Source of the DNA: Nitrososphaerota archaeon
GTDB taxonomy: Archaea; Thermoproteota; Nitrososphaeria_A; Caldarchaeales; Caldarchaeaceae
NCBI GenBank assembly: GCA_041641305.1
Contig: JBEPYN010000002.1
Location: forward strand, 32,001 to 96,000
Reading direction: 5' to 3'
Length of the DNA stretch: 64,000 nucleotides
Shown: positions 9,708 through 19,603 of the stretch, piece after piece
Layout of the letters: each line of letters opens with the position of its first letter
Position numbering within the stretch: the stretch's first letter is position 1
Notes under the pieces: model-generated
Seen by the model: only the letters and a program-made list of their open reading frames with translations
Database searches by the model: none
What the model was told of the DNA's origin: nothing
Program-made: the position numbers and the translations under genes

Positions 9708-10640
9708 TTAGAGGAAGTATTCGAAGTCTTGTTCGCGTCTGCGTTTGAGGTGGGGGCGGAATATTTTCGCGGGTGAGATGTGGGGGTTCAGGTCTATGTG
9801 TATATGTGTGCCTTGCCAGATGCATAGTTCGCCGCCCAGCAGGTCGTGGGCCATGTAGGGCTCGTTCTCGTTTAAGCCGAGATCCCAAATCGGGACGCGT
9901 AGCACGACTGACTGCGGGTTCACGGGGTCGAGGCTTACAACCATGAGAACCACGTTGGCCAAGTCGCTGGTTGTCTTCAGATATGCGAGAATGTTGTTGC
10001 CGACTTCGCAGAACCTTAGGTTAAACGTGTCCTGGAGAGCCGGGTTCTCTCTCCTAATCCTGTTAACCCTCGCAATAACGTCTTTTAGTCCCCACCCGAC
10101 CTCTAGGTTCCAGTGCTTTATCTCGTATTTTTCCGAGTTGAGGTATTCCTCTTTTCCGGGTATGGCTTTTGTGATGCATAGCTCGTAGGGCGGCCCGTAT
10201 ATGCCGTAGTTGGAGGAGAGTGTCGCGGCGAGAAGCAGTCTCATGATGAAGGCTGGGCGTCCTCCTACTTGGAGATATTCTGGGAGGATGTCTGGAGTGT
10301 TTGGCCAAAAGTTTGGCCTGAAAAACTCCCTAACCTCGGTCTCAGTCAGCTCGGTCAAGTATTGGATGAGCTCCCATTTCATGTTCCGCCATGTGAAGTA
10401 GGTGTAGGATTAAGCCCAGTTTTGCGAGATGATACATGACCTTCGGCCTCGTAAAAGCCTCCGAGAGAAAGATGACGTCTGGATACTTTGACTTCACGCG
10501 TCAGATCAACCATTCCCAGAACAACACTATCCGCTCCAGCTCCTCTCAGAGAGCTTCCCCTTCCTCGGACTCGAAGTCTAAAGGCATGACATCCTCACAT
10601 TTTTTCGGCGTGTTCTCGGCGTATCTCCGTCTGGGAGCTT
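9708..10640 (-). pseudogene. glgE: GlgE (maltose-1-phosphate maltosyltransferase) C-terminal remnant
   Basis: FRPNFWPNTPDIL, YGIYGP.YEL and EEYLNSEKYEI in the ORF; upstream broken fragments [33 protein letters not shown]; N-terminal half missing. Confidence 0.8.
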
Positions 10641-10644
10641 GCAG

Positions 10645-11209
10645 AGATAGCTTCGCCGTGTGTCTATTTTTCCCCAATATATCCACCCATTTGTCCTCTC
10701 CTATTTTTCTCACCTTAGCGTCTTGATATGGCTAAAGTATTGTGAATGTTATTCCCTCGGATGCTAGGATGCTGAGTGCCTCGTTGTCTACGGCTGTTTC
10801 GGGGAGCTGCATCCCCTCAGGCTCTCTTCTAAACCTGTCTTCAAAATCGCGTGTACCCCAGCTCACCTGCGTTATTTTATCTCTCTTTGAGGCGGGAGGC
10901 ATTATCATGTAGTTGTAGACCTGCGCCGTCGCGGAGCCGTGGCCCGAGAACCTTTCCATGCTTTTCTTGTCAGCCCAAAGTTGAAGCTTATCCATGAATA
11001 GTTGTTGACCGTGTCTATTATCTTGCCGTCGGGCTCCACTATTCTGGAGTAGGCGTTCGGGCCATAGCATTCAGCGGTTATCCGCTCGTTCCAGTCATGG
11101 TAGGGATAAGCCGGCTCCTGGTGCTCCACATCCTCTAGCCACGGGTTTTCACGAGGAGGTTGTAGAAATGGCCATGTATAGAGATGAATTTTGAACGGTT
11201 TTTACCCAT
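10645..11209 (-). pseudogene. GH57 family (DUF3536-type) glycoside hydrolase N-terminal remnant
   Basis: IHGHFY, PYHDWNERITAECY.PN, SFNFG and EGM.LPETAVD split over frames; in-frame TAG at 10732; truncated. Confidence 0.8.
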
Positions 11210-11297
11210 TCTGAGCTGCCGATATCATAAGCCTACTGCGGCATTTAGGTTTGCGACATCTGAGCGCTTAGAAGTCATCTCCTACAAATCTAGCTGT

Positions 11298-11969
11298 CTA
11301 AACAGCTATCTTCTTGTAGAGGTTCAGGTTCTCCACAACTTCCTCGACTTTGTCCCTGAGCTTGTTCTCGAAAGGCCCTCTGAATACACCGTATTCTACG
11401 AGGTATATTTCATCGCCGACGACCGCGGCTTCTACAGGGTTGTGTGTGACGTAAACCATCGGGATGTTGAGTGACCTGACGAGGTTCCAAAAGTTGACGC
11501 TGTTGGGAAAGTCCAAGGATGTTGTGGGCTCGTCAAACAACATCACCTCAGCTCCCCGCAGTAATAGAATGGCTAGGGCCAAGAGCTGTGCCTCGCCGGC
11601 GGAAAGCTTCTCTTTACGCAAAATCGGCTCCAAACGCAGCTTCTCTATCACTGGCTGCGGATCAGTGTTGAATATTTTGGCGAAGTACTTGATTGTGTCT
11701 TTGGGTTTGTGGGGGAGTTTGACTGGTTGTTGAGGCATGTATCCGACTCTTCTCTCTGCGGGCGGGAGGTTGGTGATGTCGCGGCCGTTCAGCGTTATGA
11801 CTCCTTTTCGAGGCTTTATGAATCCTGCTATGGTTCTTAGCAGGGTTGTTTTTCCCGTACCGTTACGTCCAAGTATGATCGTTATTCTTGTTGAAACAAG
11901 TTTCTCGACCTTTAGACGGAAGCCTTTTCGCTCAACTTCAAGCTCCTCGACCACAAGCAAGTTAGCCAC
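11298..11969 (-). CDS. Molybdate/tungstate ABC transporter ATPase (ModC/WtpC-like)
   Basis: GRNGTGKTT, LSAGE, FDEPT, VTH; in operon with permease and binding protein. Confidence 0.8.
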   Translation of the reverse strand: MANLLVVEELEVERKGFRLKVEKLVSTRITIILGRNGTGKTTLLRTIAGFIKPRKGVITLNGRDITNLPPAERRVGYMPQQPVKLPHKPKDTIKYFAKIFNTDPQPVIEKLRLEPILRKEKLSAGEAQLLALAILLLRGAEVMLFDEPTTSLDFPNSVNFWNLVRSLNIPMVYVTHNPVEAAVVGDEIYLVEYGVFRGPFENKLRDKVEEVVENLNLYKKIAV

Positions 11970-12657
11970 TTCTCCATGAGATGAGGTATAGTAGGCTGCT
12001 GAAGGCTATGCCTAAAGCTGCGACGATTAACGCGTATGGAACAGCTACTTCGGCCCCTCCTGTCTGGAAAAGCTCGAACATGTAAACCCCCACCGTCGAA
12101 GGCCTATAAGCCACAATCAGAAGCGCGCCAAGCTCCGAGAATGCTCTCAACCACATGAGCAGGAAAGAGACAGCCCAACCCAGCCCTATCACTCGCATAT
12201 GTATCCAGATGTTGCGCAGCTCTCCCACTCCCAGCACCGATAGAAACTCGTCAAGAGACTTGATGGTGCCGGATAGCCCTGAAGCCACCGAGCCAACACC
12301 CAGCGGCAGCGAAACAATCATCATCGTAACGACGACCGCGGGCCATGTGTCCACGATGTTCAGCGCCAAAAAAAGCGGCAGCACCATAAGCCCTATAGCT
12401 GTATGAGGTATAGCTGTCGCAAACATCAGAAAAGGCAAGATTACAGCGAGGCCTCTTGCAGCGACATAGAACCCGAGCATGACGGCAAGCGGAAAAGCAA
12501 GTAGAGACGCTATTGAAGCAGCTAACACAGTGTTTATGATGGAGGTGTACAGGTCTGGAGGCAGGGTTAGACGTCGGTAGAGAAGAGGCGGTAGAAAGAG
12601 AACAGCGACATATATCGCGGCGGCCACCACCGCAGATATTTTGAGAAGATTTTTCAT
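11962..12657 (-). CDS. Molybdate/tungstate ABC permease (ModB/WtpB-like)
   Basis: IPHTAIG, W.RAFSELGA..IVAY.P motifs. Confidence 0.8.
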   Translation of the reverse strand: MKNLLKISAVVAAAIYVAVLFLPPLLYRRLTLPPDLYTSIINTVLAASIASLLAFPLAVMLGFYVAARGLAVILPFLMFATAIPHTAIGLMVLPLFLALNIVDTWPAVVVTMMIVSLPLGVGSVASGLSGTIKSLDEFLSVLGVGELRNIWIHMRVIGLGWAVSFLLMWLRAFSELGALLIVAYRPSTVGVYMFELFQTGGAEVAVPYALIVAALGIAFSSLLYLISWRSG

Positions 12658-12663
12658 AGCCTC

Positions 12664-13539
12664 TCAACCAGCGGCGCTTATTCCTGCACTGGACAAGTCA
12701 ATCTGCTTCAGCAGCTCAAGCAGTTTATCTCCTTTTTCGCTGAAGCTTAGAGCCGTGGCTTCGAATCGTTTGACAGCGATTTCTCCGCTCTTGAGCTTGG
12801 CCACTATTTTGATTGGCGGGTCTTTCTCAAAATTCAAGGATGGAGGCATCTCTATGATGCTGTATGTTTGTGTATAGTTTCGGACGATGATGAATGGTGA
12901 GTGTGCGAAGATGCATTCCACGCCACCAGTCTCGAGAAGTGTTCCCGCGCCGTCGAGGTTTGGCCTCAGGTAGAACCGTCCCGACGCCGATATTTCAGAA
13001 AGCACCATGACCAGGGTGTCGCCGGATTTTTGAAAACGTATGTTCAGGCTTTGCTGCAGCTCGTCTATAAGCTCTGGAAACCGGTCGCCTGCGATGAGGT
13101 ACATTGCGGCCAAGGCTCTGTAGCCGATGGGTGCTTGATTGGGGTCTGCCAGCCCCAGCTTCACAGTCCTTAACGCATCGAGGCTTTCAATCCCTTTTTG
13201 ACAAACGAGAACGAGTCTAAAGTATCCCAATGTGTATTCTTTCCGGTAGTTGAGACCATGCTTCAGCTCGCTGTCGACTGTGAGGAAGAGGTCGGGGATT
13301 CTCCCTGACTTGATAAGGTTGGCTGCTGCAACGCTGCCGTAAACCTGTATGTCCAACGGTTCCGATGCAAGAATGGATAGCTGGTTTGAAACTTTCCTCA
13401 GAGTTGGCGCTGAATAAACAACCGCAGCCCGCCTGTCTGAGCTGGACACATACACGGTCACCGGCAGTAAAGCAATTAGTACCGTCGCGATAGCTAATAT
13501 GAATTTTTTGCTTATCATGTAGTCTGGAATTGATCTCAT
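12664..13539 (-). CDS. Molybdate/tungstate-binding protein (ModA/WtpA-like)
   Basis: GSV.AA, ADPNQAPIGYRA motif, N-terminal anchor; start may be 13518. Confidence 0.8.
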   Translation of the reverse strand: MRSIPDYMISKKFILAIATVLIALLPVTVYVSSSDRRAAVVYSAPTLRKVSNQLSILASEPLDIQVYGSVAAANLIKSGRIPDLFLTVDSELKHGLNYRKEYTLGYFRLVLVCQKGIESLDALRTVKLGLADPNQAPIGYRALAAMYLIAGDRFPELIDELQQSLNIRFQKSGDTLVMVLSEISASGRFYLRPNLDGAGTLLETGGVECIFAHSPFIIVRNYTQTYSIIEMPPSLNFEKDPPIKIVAKLKSGEIAVKRFEATALSFSEKGDKLLELLKQIDLSSAGISAAG

Positions 13540-13584
13540 GTTTTTATATTTTGATGTGTTATTTCATATCGGTGCATATCGACT

Positions 13585-14100
13585 TTGGTAACCATAACCC
13601 TTGAGGGGAAAACCATGGACCTTGAGCAGGAAAGGTTCGAGCTTCTCGAGAGCATAAACAGAACATCCAGCATATCTTCTGCCTGTCTCCAGCTGGGCAT
13701 CAGCTACAGAACCGCCGTTAACTGGTTGAAGGATATTGAGAGAAAGGCGGGAGGCAAACCCGTCGAATCCATCCGAGGAGGAAAACACAAAGGCATGACA
13801 CGTCTCACGGAGATCGGGCACAAGCTTCTCGAAGCATACTACTCCACCCAATCAATCCACAGACCAGGATTCGTCAAATCATTCATAGAACTCAGGCTCA
13901 GTGCAAGAAACATACTCACGGGACGTGTGAAGCATGTGACCGAAGGAGACGTGATAAGCATGGTGAGCGTCGACTTGGATGACCATCAAGAGGTGAAGTC
14001 CGTTATAACCACCGACAGCCTAAAACGTCTTAAAATCGCTCCCGGCGACCCGGTCCTCATCATCCTGAAAGCCACAGAAACCCTCCTGATGAAGAGATGA
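13585..14100 (+). CDS. modE: ModE-like regulator (HTH + TOBE)
   Basis: SISSA...GISYRTA, RGG...G.T.LT, SARNIL.G.V, SVITTDS...L; divergent from transporter. Confidence 0.85.
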   Translation: MVTITLEGKTMDLEQERFELLESINRTSSISSACLQLGISYRTAVNWLKDIERKAGGKPVESIRGGKHKGMTRLTEIGHKLLEAYYSTQSIHRPGFVKSFIELRLSARNILTGRVKHVTEGDVISMVSVDLDDHQEVKSVITTDSLKRLKIAPGDPVLIILKATETLLMKR

Positions 14101-14280
14101 AAAACAGCAGAGCGGCTCTGCAGCTGTTTTCCCCGTAAAAACCTACACAGCTGCTGCTTCGTTGAACATTATTCGTGCCCACCTTTTCTTCCAATTCATG
14201 AGTGTCTCCCAGCTAGTGCCTCTACATTCTTTTTTCATAATTAGTGAATGCTTATATTATGCATATAAGTGTTTTAGACG

Positions 14281-14538
14281 GTGGTTTGGATGGAGCTGGC
14301 TAAACCCGTGTTGACCGTTGACGTGAAGGGCGCGATGTGCCCGTGGCCTGTGCTCAAGACCCGTGAGGCAATTCAGCGGATAAACGTGGGCGAGGTTATC
14401 GAGGTCCTCGCAACAGACCCTGCGTCGAAGCCCGACCTCGAGGCATGGGCACGCAAAACAGGAAACCGCATCCTATCAGTTGAGGAAAACGGCTCAGACC
14501 CCGTCGTCTACAGATTTTTGATTGAGAAGGTGAAGTAG
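14281..14538 (+). CDS. tusA: TusA family sulfurtransferase
   Basis: D.KG.MCPWP, ATDP.S..D. Confidence 0.9.
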   Translation: MVWMELAKPVLTVDVKGAMCPWPVLKTREAIQRINVGEVIEVLATDPASKPDLEAWARKTGNRILSVEENGSDPVVYRFLIEKVK

Positions 14539-14961
14539 ATGAGTGAGGAGAAGACACGGCTGGTTATTGTGGCGAGCCGTGGAACAGCCGACGGCCTATA
14601 TCCCGCGCTGATTCTCGCGACAACCGCTGTTGCTCAGGGGAGAGAGGCCGCAGTCTACTTCACGTTCGGCGGCATGAAGCTCTTAACCAAGCAAATGGCT
14701 GAAACCATCAAGCCATCGATAGACCTCGGCGTCAGCAAAGAGCAGCTTGAGCAGCTTCTCGCAAAAGGCGGGATGCCGAGCCTACTCGACATGCTGAAAA
14801 TGGCCAAGCAAAGCGGTGTAAAGGTTTATGCATGCTCGCCAACCATGAACCTCTTCGGACTGAAGAAAGAGGACTTGGTTGATGTAGTCGACGACATCAT
14901 AGGCGCGTCAACCTTCCTCGAAATAGCGTCGGACCCGAAGACACTTGCTCTCTTCATCTAG
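14539..14961 (+). CDS. DsrE/DsrF/DrsH-like (DsrE2) protein
   Basis: YFTFGG, VYACSPTM, IIGASTFL. Confidence 0.85.
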   Translation: MSEEKTRLVIVASRGTADGLYPALILATTAVAQGREAAVYFTFGGMKLLTKQMAETIKPSIDLGVSKEQLEQLLAKGGMPSLLDMLKMAKQSGVKVYACSPTMNLFGLKKEDLVDVVDDIIGASTFLEIASDPKTLALFI

Positions 14962-15396
14962 CTACTCCAACACCGTGAACTCGGCCACGAGCACACGTTT
15001 CTCTCCGCCGACATCCACTTCTTTCACAAGCCTGTAGTCGCCGGGCTCGATGTCCACGGGCAGCTCAACCTGTTTGCTTAACGATTTCCCAGACTCCAGA
15101 TTATAGTAGATCGCTATCCATACGCGGTCTTTCATCCACTCGACCGACACCCATTCACCGTCTTGTTTTTTCTGGATATCATAGGGTTCGCCGAAGCCGA
15201 TGGTCTCCGGTGTGTTGTTGACGACGGTGTATGTTAGGGTTCGCTGGCCCTTGTAGAGCTCCGTTTTATCCAAGATGAGAAGAACTTCTTTAACCGGGGG
15301 CGCGGGGCCAAAGGGCTGTGGTGCCATGCTCAACGCCAGTATCACCAGAGCCGCCGACGCAAAAGCTGCGGCCGACAGAATCAACGCCGTCTTCAT
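14962..15396 (-). CDS. Secreted/anchored Ig-like domain protein
   Basis: Signal anchor; 'FGEPY.IQK..DGEW' and 'PGDYRLVKEV...AEF.V'. Confidence 0.65.
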   Translation of the reverse strand: MKTALILSAAAFASAALVILALSMAPQPFGPAPPVKEVLLILDKTELYKGQRTLTYTVVNNTPETIGFGEPYDIQKKQDGEWVSVEWMKDRVWIAIYYNLESGKSLSKQVELPVDIEPGDYRLVKEVDVGGEKRVLVAEFTVLE

Positions 15397-15471
15397 GGCT
15401 CTTATCTGTTTCTAGATGCTTTATTTCTATTGTTTAGAACAGTGTTTCGGAGGTTTTTTCTGACCTGTTCT

Positions 15472-16455
15472 TCATGGGCTTCTGCTCTGCTGATGAGGGC
15501 GCGGTGATTTTTTCAAAGCGTTTGCCGCTTTTTTGAAGCATCCTGCTCGTGGGCTGAATATGGATGTGAATATGATGTTTGCGATGGCTATGAGTAGGAG
15601 GGTTTGGCCTGCGAGGCTTGTGGAGCTGTTGAAGAGGATGATGGTTGGGACTGTGAGTGGGAAGAGCATGGACGCTATGGGGCCTGCGGCGAACATGGCT
15701 GCGTAGCCGCGTGGCGATGCATTGGTGTTTGCGCGGTCTATTTTGATGCCGAGGGCGATGGGAAGTGTTTTGAATTGTTTTGGCAATATGTTGAGGCGGA
15801 CGATGTTGCTGAGGCCGATGTAGTAGTTGCTGAACCTTATGCCTGCGAGTCTTCCGACGATGTAGTGGGCGAGGTCGTGTGTGAAGAACCAGAGGAGGAT
15901 GAATGAGATGAGACCCGTGATCAGCCTGCCCCCGGGTATCTGGAGGGGCTGGAGCCAGAGCAGTATATAGGCCGCCGCTATCCCCAACAGTGATATCAGG
16001 TTTCCTGCTGCGAGGCTGATTTTGAAGGGGTCTTTGTAGATGGGCTGTGGAGCCGCTCCGAGGCTGTGTTTGATGGCTTCATGTCGGTAGGTGAGGATTT
16101 TTTTGAAGAAGCGGCCTGCGAAGGGGTTGCTTGACTCGAGAACCATGTCCTCGACTATTTTTGTGCCACCGTCAGCCGGTGTGGTGATGATGGTGTGGTA
16201 GAGTTTTCCGAAGGGGAAGTCGAGTGTCTCGTGGTATTGCTCGGTGGCGGAGCGTTCGGTGATGCGGAAGCGTGTCTGGTAGCGTTGGCCGAGAAGACGG
16301 AAGGAGACGGTGTATACATCTTTCTCCCGTGAGACAAGCTTCATCCCAAGCTCCATGGGCCAAACCTTCCTCATGTTCTCGACGTTGCGGAAAAACTCGT
16401 AAACCTCCTCAACCGGCCGCGGCACAACATACTCGAAACGGAAAACCCACTTCAC
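15472..16455 (-). CDS. SRPBCC/START domain fused to M50-like membrane domain
   Basis: 'PVEEVYEFF...ENM..VWP' N-terminus; TM region with HDLAH and AAGP motifs. Confidence 0.55.
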   Translation of the reverse strand: MKWVFRFEYVVPRPVEEVYEFFRNVENMRKVWPMELGMKLVSREKDVYTVSFRLLGQRYQTRFRITERSATEQYHETLDFPFGKLYHTIITTPADGGTKIVEDMVLESSNPFAGRFFKKILTYRHEAIKHSLGAAPQPIYKDPFKISLAAGNLISLLGIAAAYILLWLQPLQIPGGRLITGLISFILLWFFTHDLAHYIVGRLAGIRFSNYYIGLSNIVRLNILPKQFKTLPIALGIKIDRANTNASPRGYAAMFAAGPIASMLFPLTVPTIILFNSSTSLAGQTLLLIAIANIIFTSIFSPRAGCFKKAANALKKSPRPHQQSRSP

Positions 16456-16618
16456 AGCCCGTCAAACACGGCCTCAGACTATAAACATACCTTCACAACA
16501 AACACATTATCGGATTCTCCATAAGCAGACTCCTAAACAAACTGCAGCAAATCCATCATGGCTCAACAAAACCAAGTAACCTAAAAAAGATATTAACGAT
16601 CCACGCGCTATCAGCCAT

Positions 16619-17947
16619 GTGGCCTCATCCGCAGTCATGCAGGTTATCGGGGAGCTGAAAAGTTACAAAAAAGCACGCTATAGGTATGGAAATGAGACAC
16701 GTGAGACTCTGCTCGCCGCAACAGCGGTCGCCGATATAACGGGCGGCGAAGCCATCATACTCGCACCCGAAAGCCTTGTAACATCTCTTGAACCCGACAG
16801 AGACGAGGCCCGCAAACTCCTCGAAAACCCGACGATGTTTAAGCAGAGAGTGTTTGAACAGCTTGAGCAAAGGGGTGGGAACTATCCAAAACCGGTGGTA
16901 GAAATTTTACCCAGTATAGGAAGCTTCAGCCAGCGAGAAAACGGTTGGAGAATAAATGCACAGGGAAGCTTCGCCGTCATAGAGGCCGCATTATTCCTCA
17001 TCATGAGAAAACTCGTCAAAGAAGGCAAAAACATAACACTGGTTATCACGAGCGGACTCAACATCTACCCCGCGCTGGCTCTGCGAACCCTCTACAACAT
17101 CCTCACTTACCAGCTTCTCTCCGCCTACCCTCACAGACCCAGCCCAGAACCTGAGCACAAACTCGCCTACCACACCATACCCACGCAAGAAAACGCGGAA
17201 ATACCAATAGAGACACAACCCGTGGACACAACCATCTACAACGCCTTCCCCCTAACCCTCGAAGAAATCAAGAACCTTGGAACAACCTATAGAGAGGAAC
17301 TCCGGCAAAATCTCATGCGATACCTAAACAATGGGTTGAAAGCCTTCAATAGCATAAACCGCAACACACCTCTGCCACTCTACTACAATCAAATCATCGA
17401 AGAACTGGCCTCCGAAAACGTGATGGGGCTGGAGCAACAGGTCGCCGATGACCTTGAAAAAAGAATCGAATGCATCGTCGAGGAGGAGAACGGCCAAATC
17501 ATTATAAATCGTTCCGTGGAACCTCTCCCCATGTCCCTCGTCCGCAGAACGATAACGGCGCTGGCCATGACAAGGTCGCTGATGAAGCTAGTCAAAGAGG
17601 CTCGAGAAAGCATGGTGGACGGCCACGTTCCACTCGACGCCATAAAAACACTCTTCTGCGTGAAGATTTACCGAGACGAGCCGCATTTCAGACATAACAG
17701 ATACCTTCTCGAGAACGAGTTAGAGAACATAGAGAGCTTGAAAGACAAGATTGGTGAGGAGGAACAGTGTTTGAATGATTTGCTCGCTGGGGGAAAGGGC
17801 TCCAGCGACATGGTGCGCAACTTCTTCGCCCACAGCGGGTTCCTTAGAGACATAACCTACGTCAAAAAAGATGCGTCAGGCAAAATTCTCCTCAAATACA
17901 GTCAAGACGAATCCGAAAAAGTTGGAAAATGGCTTCTGGAGAAATAA
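16619..17947 (+). CDS. csx1: Csx1-like CARF-HEPN ribonuclease
   Basis: Y....Y N-terminal strand, 'ITSGLNIYP' CARF motif, C-terminal HEPN RNFFAHSGF. Confidence 0.75.
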   Translation: MASSAVMQVIGELKSYKKARYRYGNETRETLLAATAVADITGGEAIILAPESLVTSLEPDRDEARKLLENPTMFKQRVFEQLEQRGGNYPKPVVEILPSIGSFSQRENGWRINAQGSFAVIEAALFLIMRKLVKEGKNITLVITSGLNIYPALALRTLYNILTYQLLSAYPHRPSPEPEHKLAYHTIPTQENAEIPIETQPVDTTIYNAFPLTLEEIKNLGTTYREELRQNLMRYLNNGLKAFNSINRNTPLPLYYNQIIEELASENVMGLEQQVADDLEKRIECIVEEENGQIIINRSVEPLPMSLVRRTITALAMTRSLMKLVKEARESMVDGHVPLDAIKTLFCVKIYRDEPHFRHNRYLLENELENIESLKDKIGEEEQCLNDLLAGGKGSSDMVRNFFAHSGFLRDITYVKKDASGKILLKYSQDESEKVGKWLLEK

Positions 17948-17954
17948 TGGGTGG

Positions 17955-18551
17955 ATGATTTTGCTTTTTCTCGGAATTGATTTGGCTGGCGTTGAGACGA
18001 GGCCCTCGGGGGTGGCTGTTCTCGACGAGCACTTGTATGCGCGGACTTGGGTGCGTTTTCTTGACGCGGAGATTCTCGCAGATGTTGATGAGCTGAGGCC
18101 CGTTGCGGTGGGAATTGATGCTCCTCTTGGTCTGCCGCGTGGAAGGGCCAGCCTCGAGACACGTGGGCCTCCACATTTTAGGATATGTGATAATGAGCTG
18201 CGGCGACGGGGTATCAGGTTCTTCCCCATCACGATAGGCGCTATGCGTAAACTGACAGTACGTGGAATAAGGCTTGCCGAGGAAATCCGCCGCAGAAACA
18301 TCCCCGTCTATGAAACCTATCCCGGCGGGGTGCAGGACCTTCTCGGCCTTCCACGAAAACATCACAGTCTCAAGGGCCTAGTCAGAGGGCTCCGAAAACT
18401 CGGCGTCAAAAACCTGTCACCGAAAATCTCGGCCGACGAAGCAGATGCCGTCACATGCGCCTACGTGGTCTACCTGTGGTGGAGAGGGTTGTGTGAGGAG
18501 GTTGGTGTGCCCGATGAGGGTGTGATGATTCTCCCCAGGCAGAGGCTCTGA
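17955..18551 (+). CDS. DUF429 family predicted nuclease (RNase H-like fold)
   Basis: GIDLAG, IDAPL.LP, R.CD.EL, ETYPG, DA..CA. Confidence 0.8.
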   Translation: MILLFLGIDLAGVETRPSGVAVLDEHLYARTWVRFLDAEILADVDELRPVAVGIDAPLGLPRGRASLETRGPPHFRICDNELRRRGIRFFPITIGAMRKLTVRGIRLAEEIRRRNIPVYETYPGGVQDLLGLPRKHHSLKGLVRGLRKLGVKNLSPKISADEADAVTCAYVVYLWWRGLCEEVGVPDEGVMILPRQRL

Positions 18552-19577
18552 CTATTGTGCGAGAGGCTCGGGCGGTTCAGGCGGCTCCTCGAAAACCTCG
18601 GGCCATTTAACGGCGTTGTTCATGTCTCTTTCTGCAAGCTTTTTCTCTATCTGTTGGCGGAGTGGCTCGAGCCATGTGGGTAGAACAAGCCGGGAGCCGA
18701 GTGTTTCACGCGGCTCGTCGACATCGTAGCCGGGGCCCTGTGTCGCCAGCTCAAGCAGGTTTCCATCAGGGTCTCTGAAGTAAAGCGACTTGAACCAGAA
18801 CCTGTCGACGATGCCTGAGTTTCTCCAGCCAACCGAGTTAAGCCGCCTCATCACAAGCCGCTGCACCTCCTCCGATTCCGCACATAAAGCGATGTGGTGA
18901 ACAGAGCCTCGGGCCACGTATCCATCCACGTTCACGGGATCAACTATGCACCGTAGATAGACGTCACCATCCATGTCATAAACCCGCAGCATGCCAGCAG
19001 AGGCCTCAACATTCACTATGTTGAGAAACTTTTCCAGAAACCTGCTGGTCAACCCTGGGTCGGATATAATGGGCGATGCGTGGTCAAATGCTGTGAGCTT
19101 CATGATCTGTGTGATTGCCGTGGGTGTCGGTGTCTGTGTGAAGAGTTCCTTGAGATAGGCGTGGTCTGCTTCGGGGTAGGGTGTTGCCAGTTCGAGGAGG
19201 ACACCGTCGGGGTCGCGGAGATAGATGGATGCGAGGCCGCCGTAGATGTATGGGCCCTTGGCGGCGATGTTTCTCTCCCTGAGATAATGGAGCCACTTAG
19301 CCAACGCCTCTGGGGAACCGACCCTGTATGCTAAGTGATGCGGCGAGCCGTATCCGGGATAGCCACGCGGCAGCTCGGGCCACTCGAAGAAGGTGATGGC
19401 GCTTCCCGTCGGCTTGTCGAAATTGGCGTAGAAGAGGTGTCGGTGATAGATGTCGTCCTGGTTTACGGAGAGCTTGACGCGGCGGAGGCCCAGCACCTCC
19501 GTGTAGAAACGGTTGTTGACCACGTAGCTGCCGGTGACGAGCGTGATGTGATGCAGGCCTTTGACGAGGCTTTCCAC
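18552..19577 (-). CDS. VOC/glyoxalase family ring-cleaving dioxygenase (MhqO-like)
   Basis: GLHHIT, SVNQDD..H, DRFWFKSLYFRDP.G.L.ELAT.GPG. Confidence 0.9.
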   Translation of the reverse strand: MESLVKGLHHITLVTGSYVVNNRFYTEVLGLRRVKLSVNQDDIYHRHLFYANFDKPTGSAITFFEWPELPRGYPGYGSPHHLAYRVGSPEALAKWLHYLRERNIAAKGPYIYGGLASIYLRDPDGVLLELATPYPEADHAYLKELFTQTPTPTAITQIMKLTAFDHASPIISDPGLTSRFLEKFLNIVNVEASAGMLRVYDMDGDVYLRCIVDPVNVDGYVARGSVHHIALCAESEEVQRLVMRRLNSVGWRNSGIVDRFWFKSLYFRDPDGNLLELATQGPGYDVDEPRETLGSRLVLPTWLEPLRQQIEKKLAERDMNNAVKWPEVFEEPPEPPEPLAQ

Positions 19578-19603
19578 AGAAGCGCTTAGCTTGTTGCCTG
19601 ATT

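Noticed and set aside
16460-18000. CRISPR array expected near csx1
   Set aside because: No regularly spaced direct repeats seen here or elsewhere in the window.
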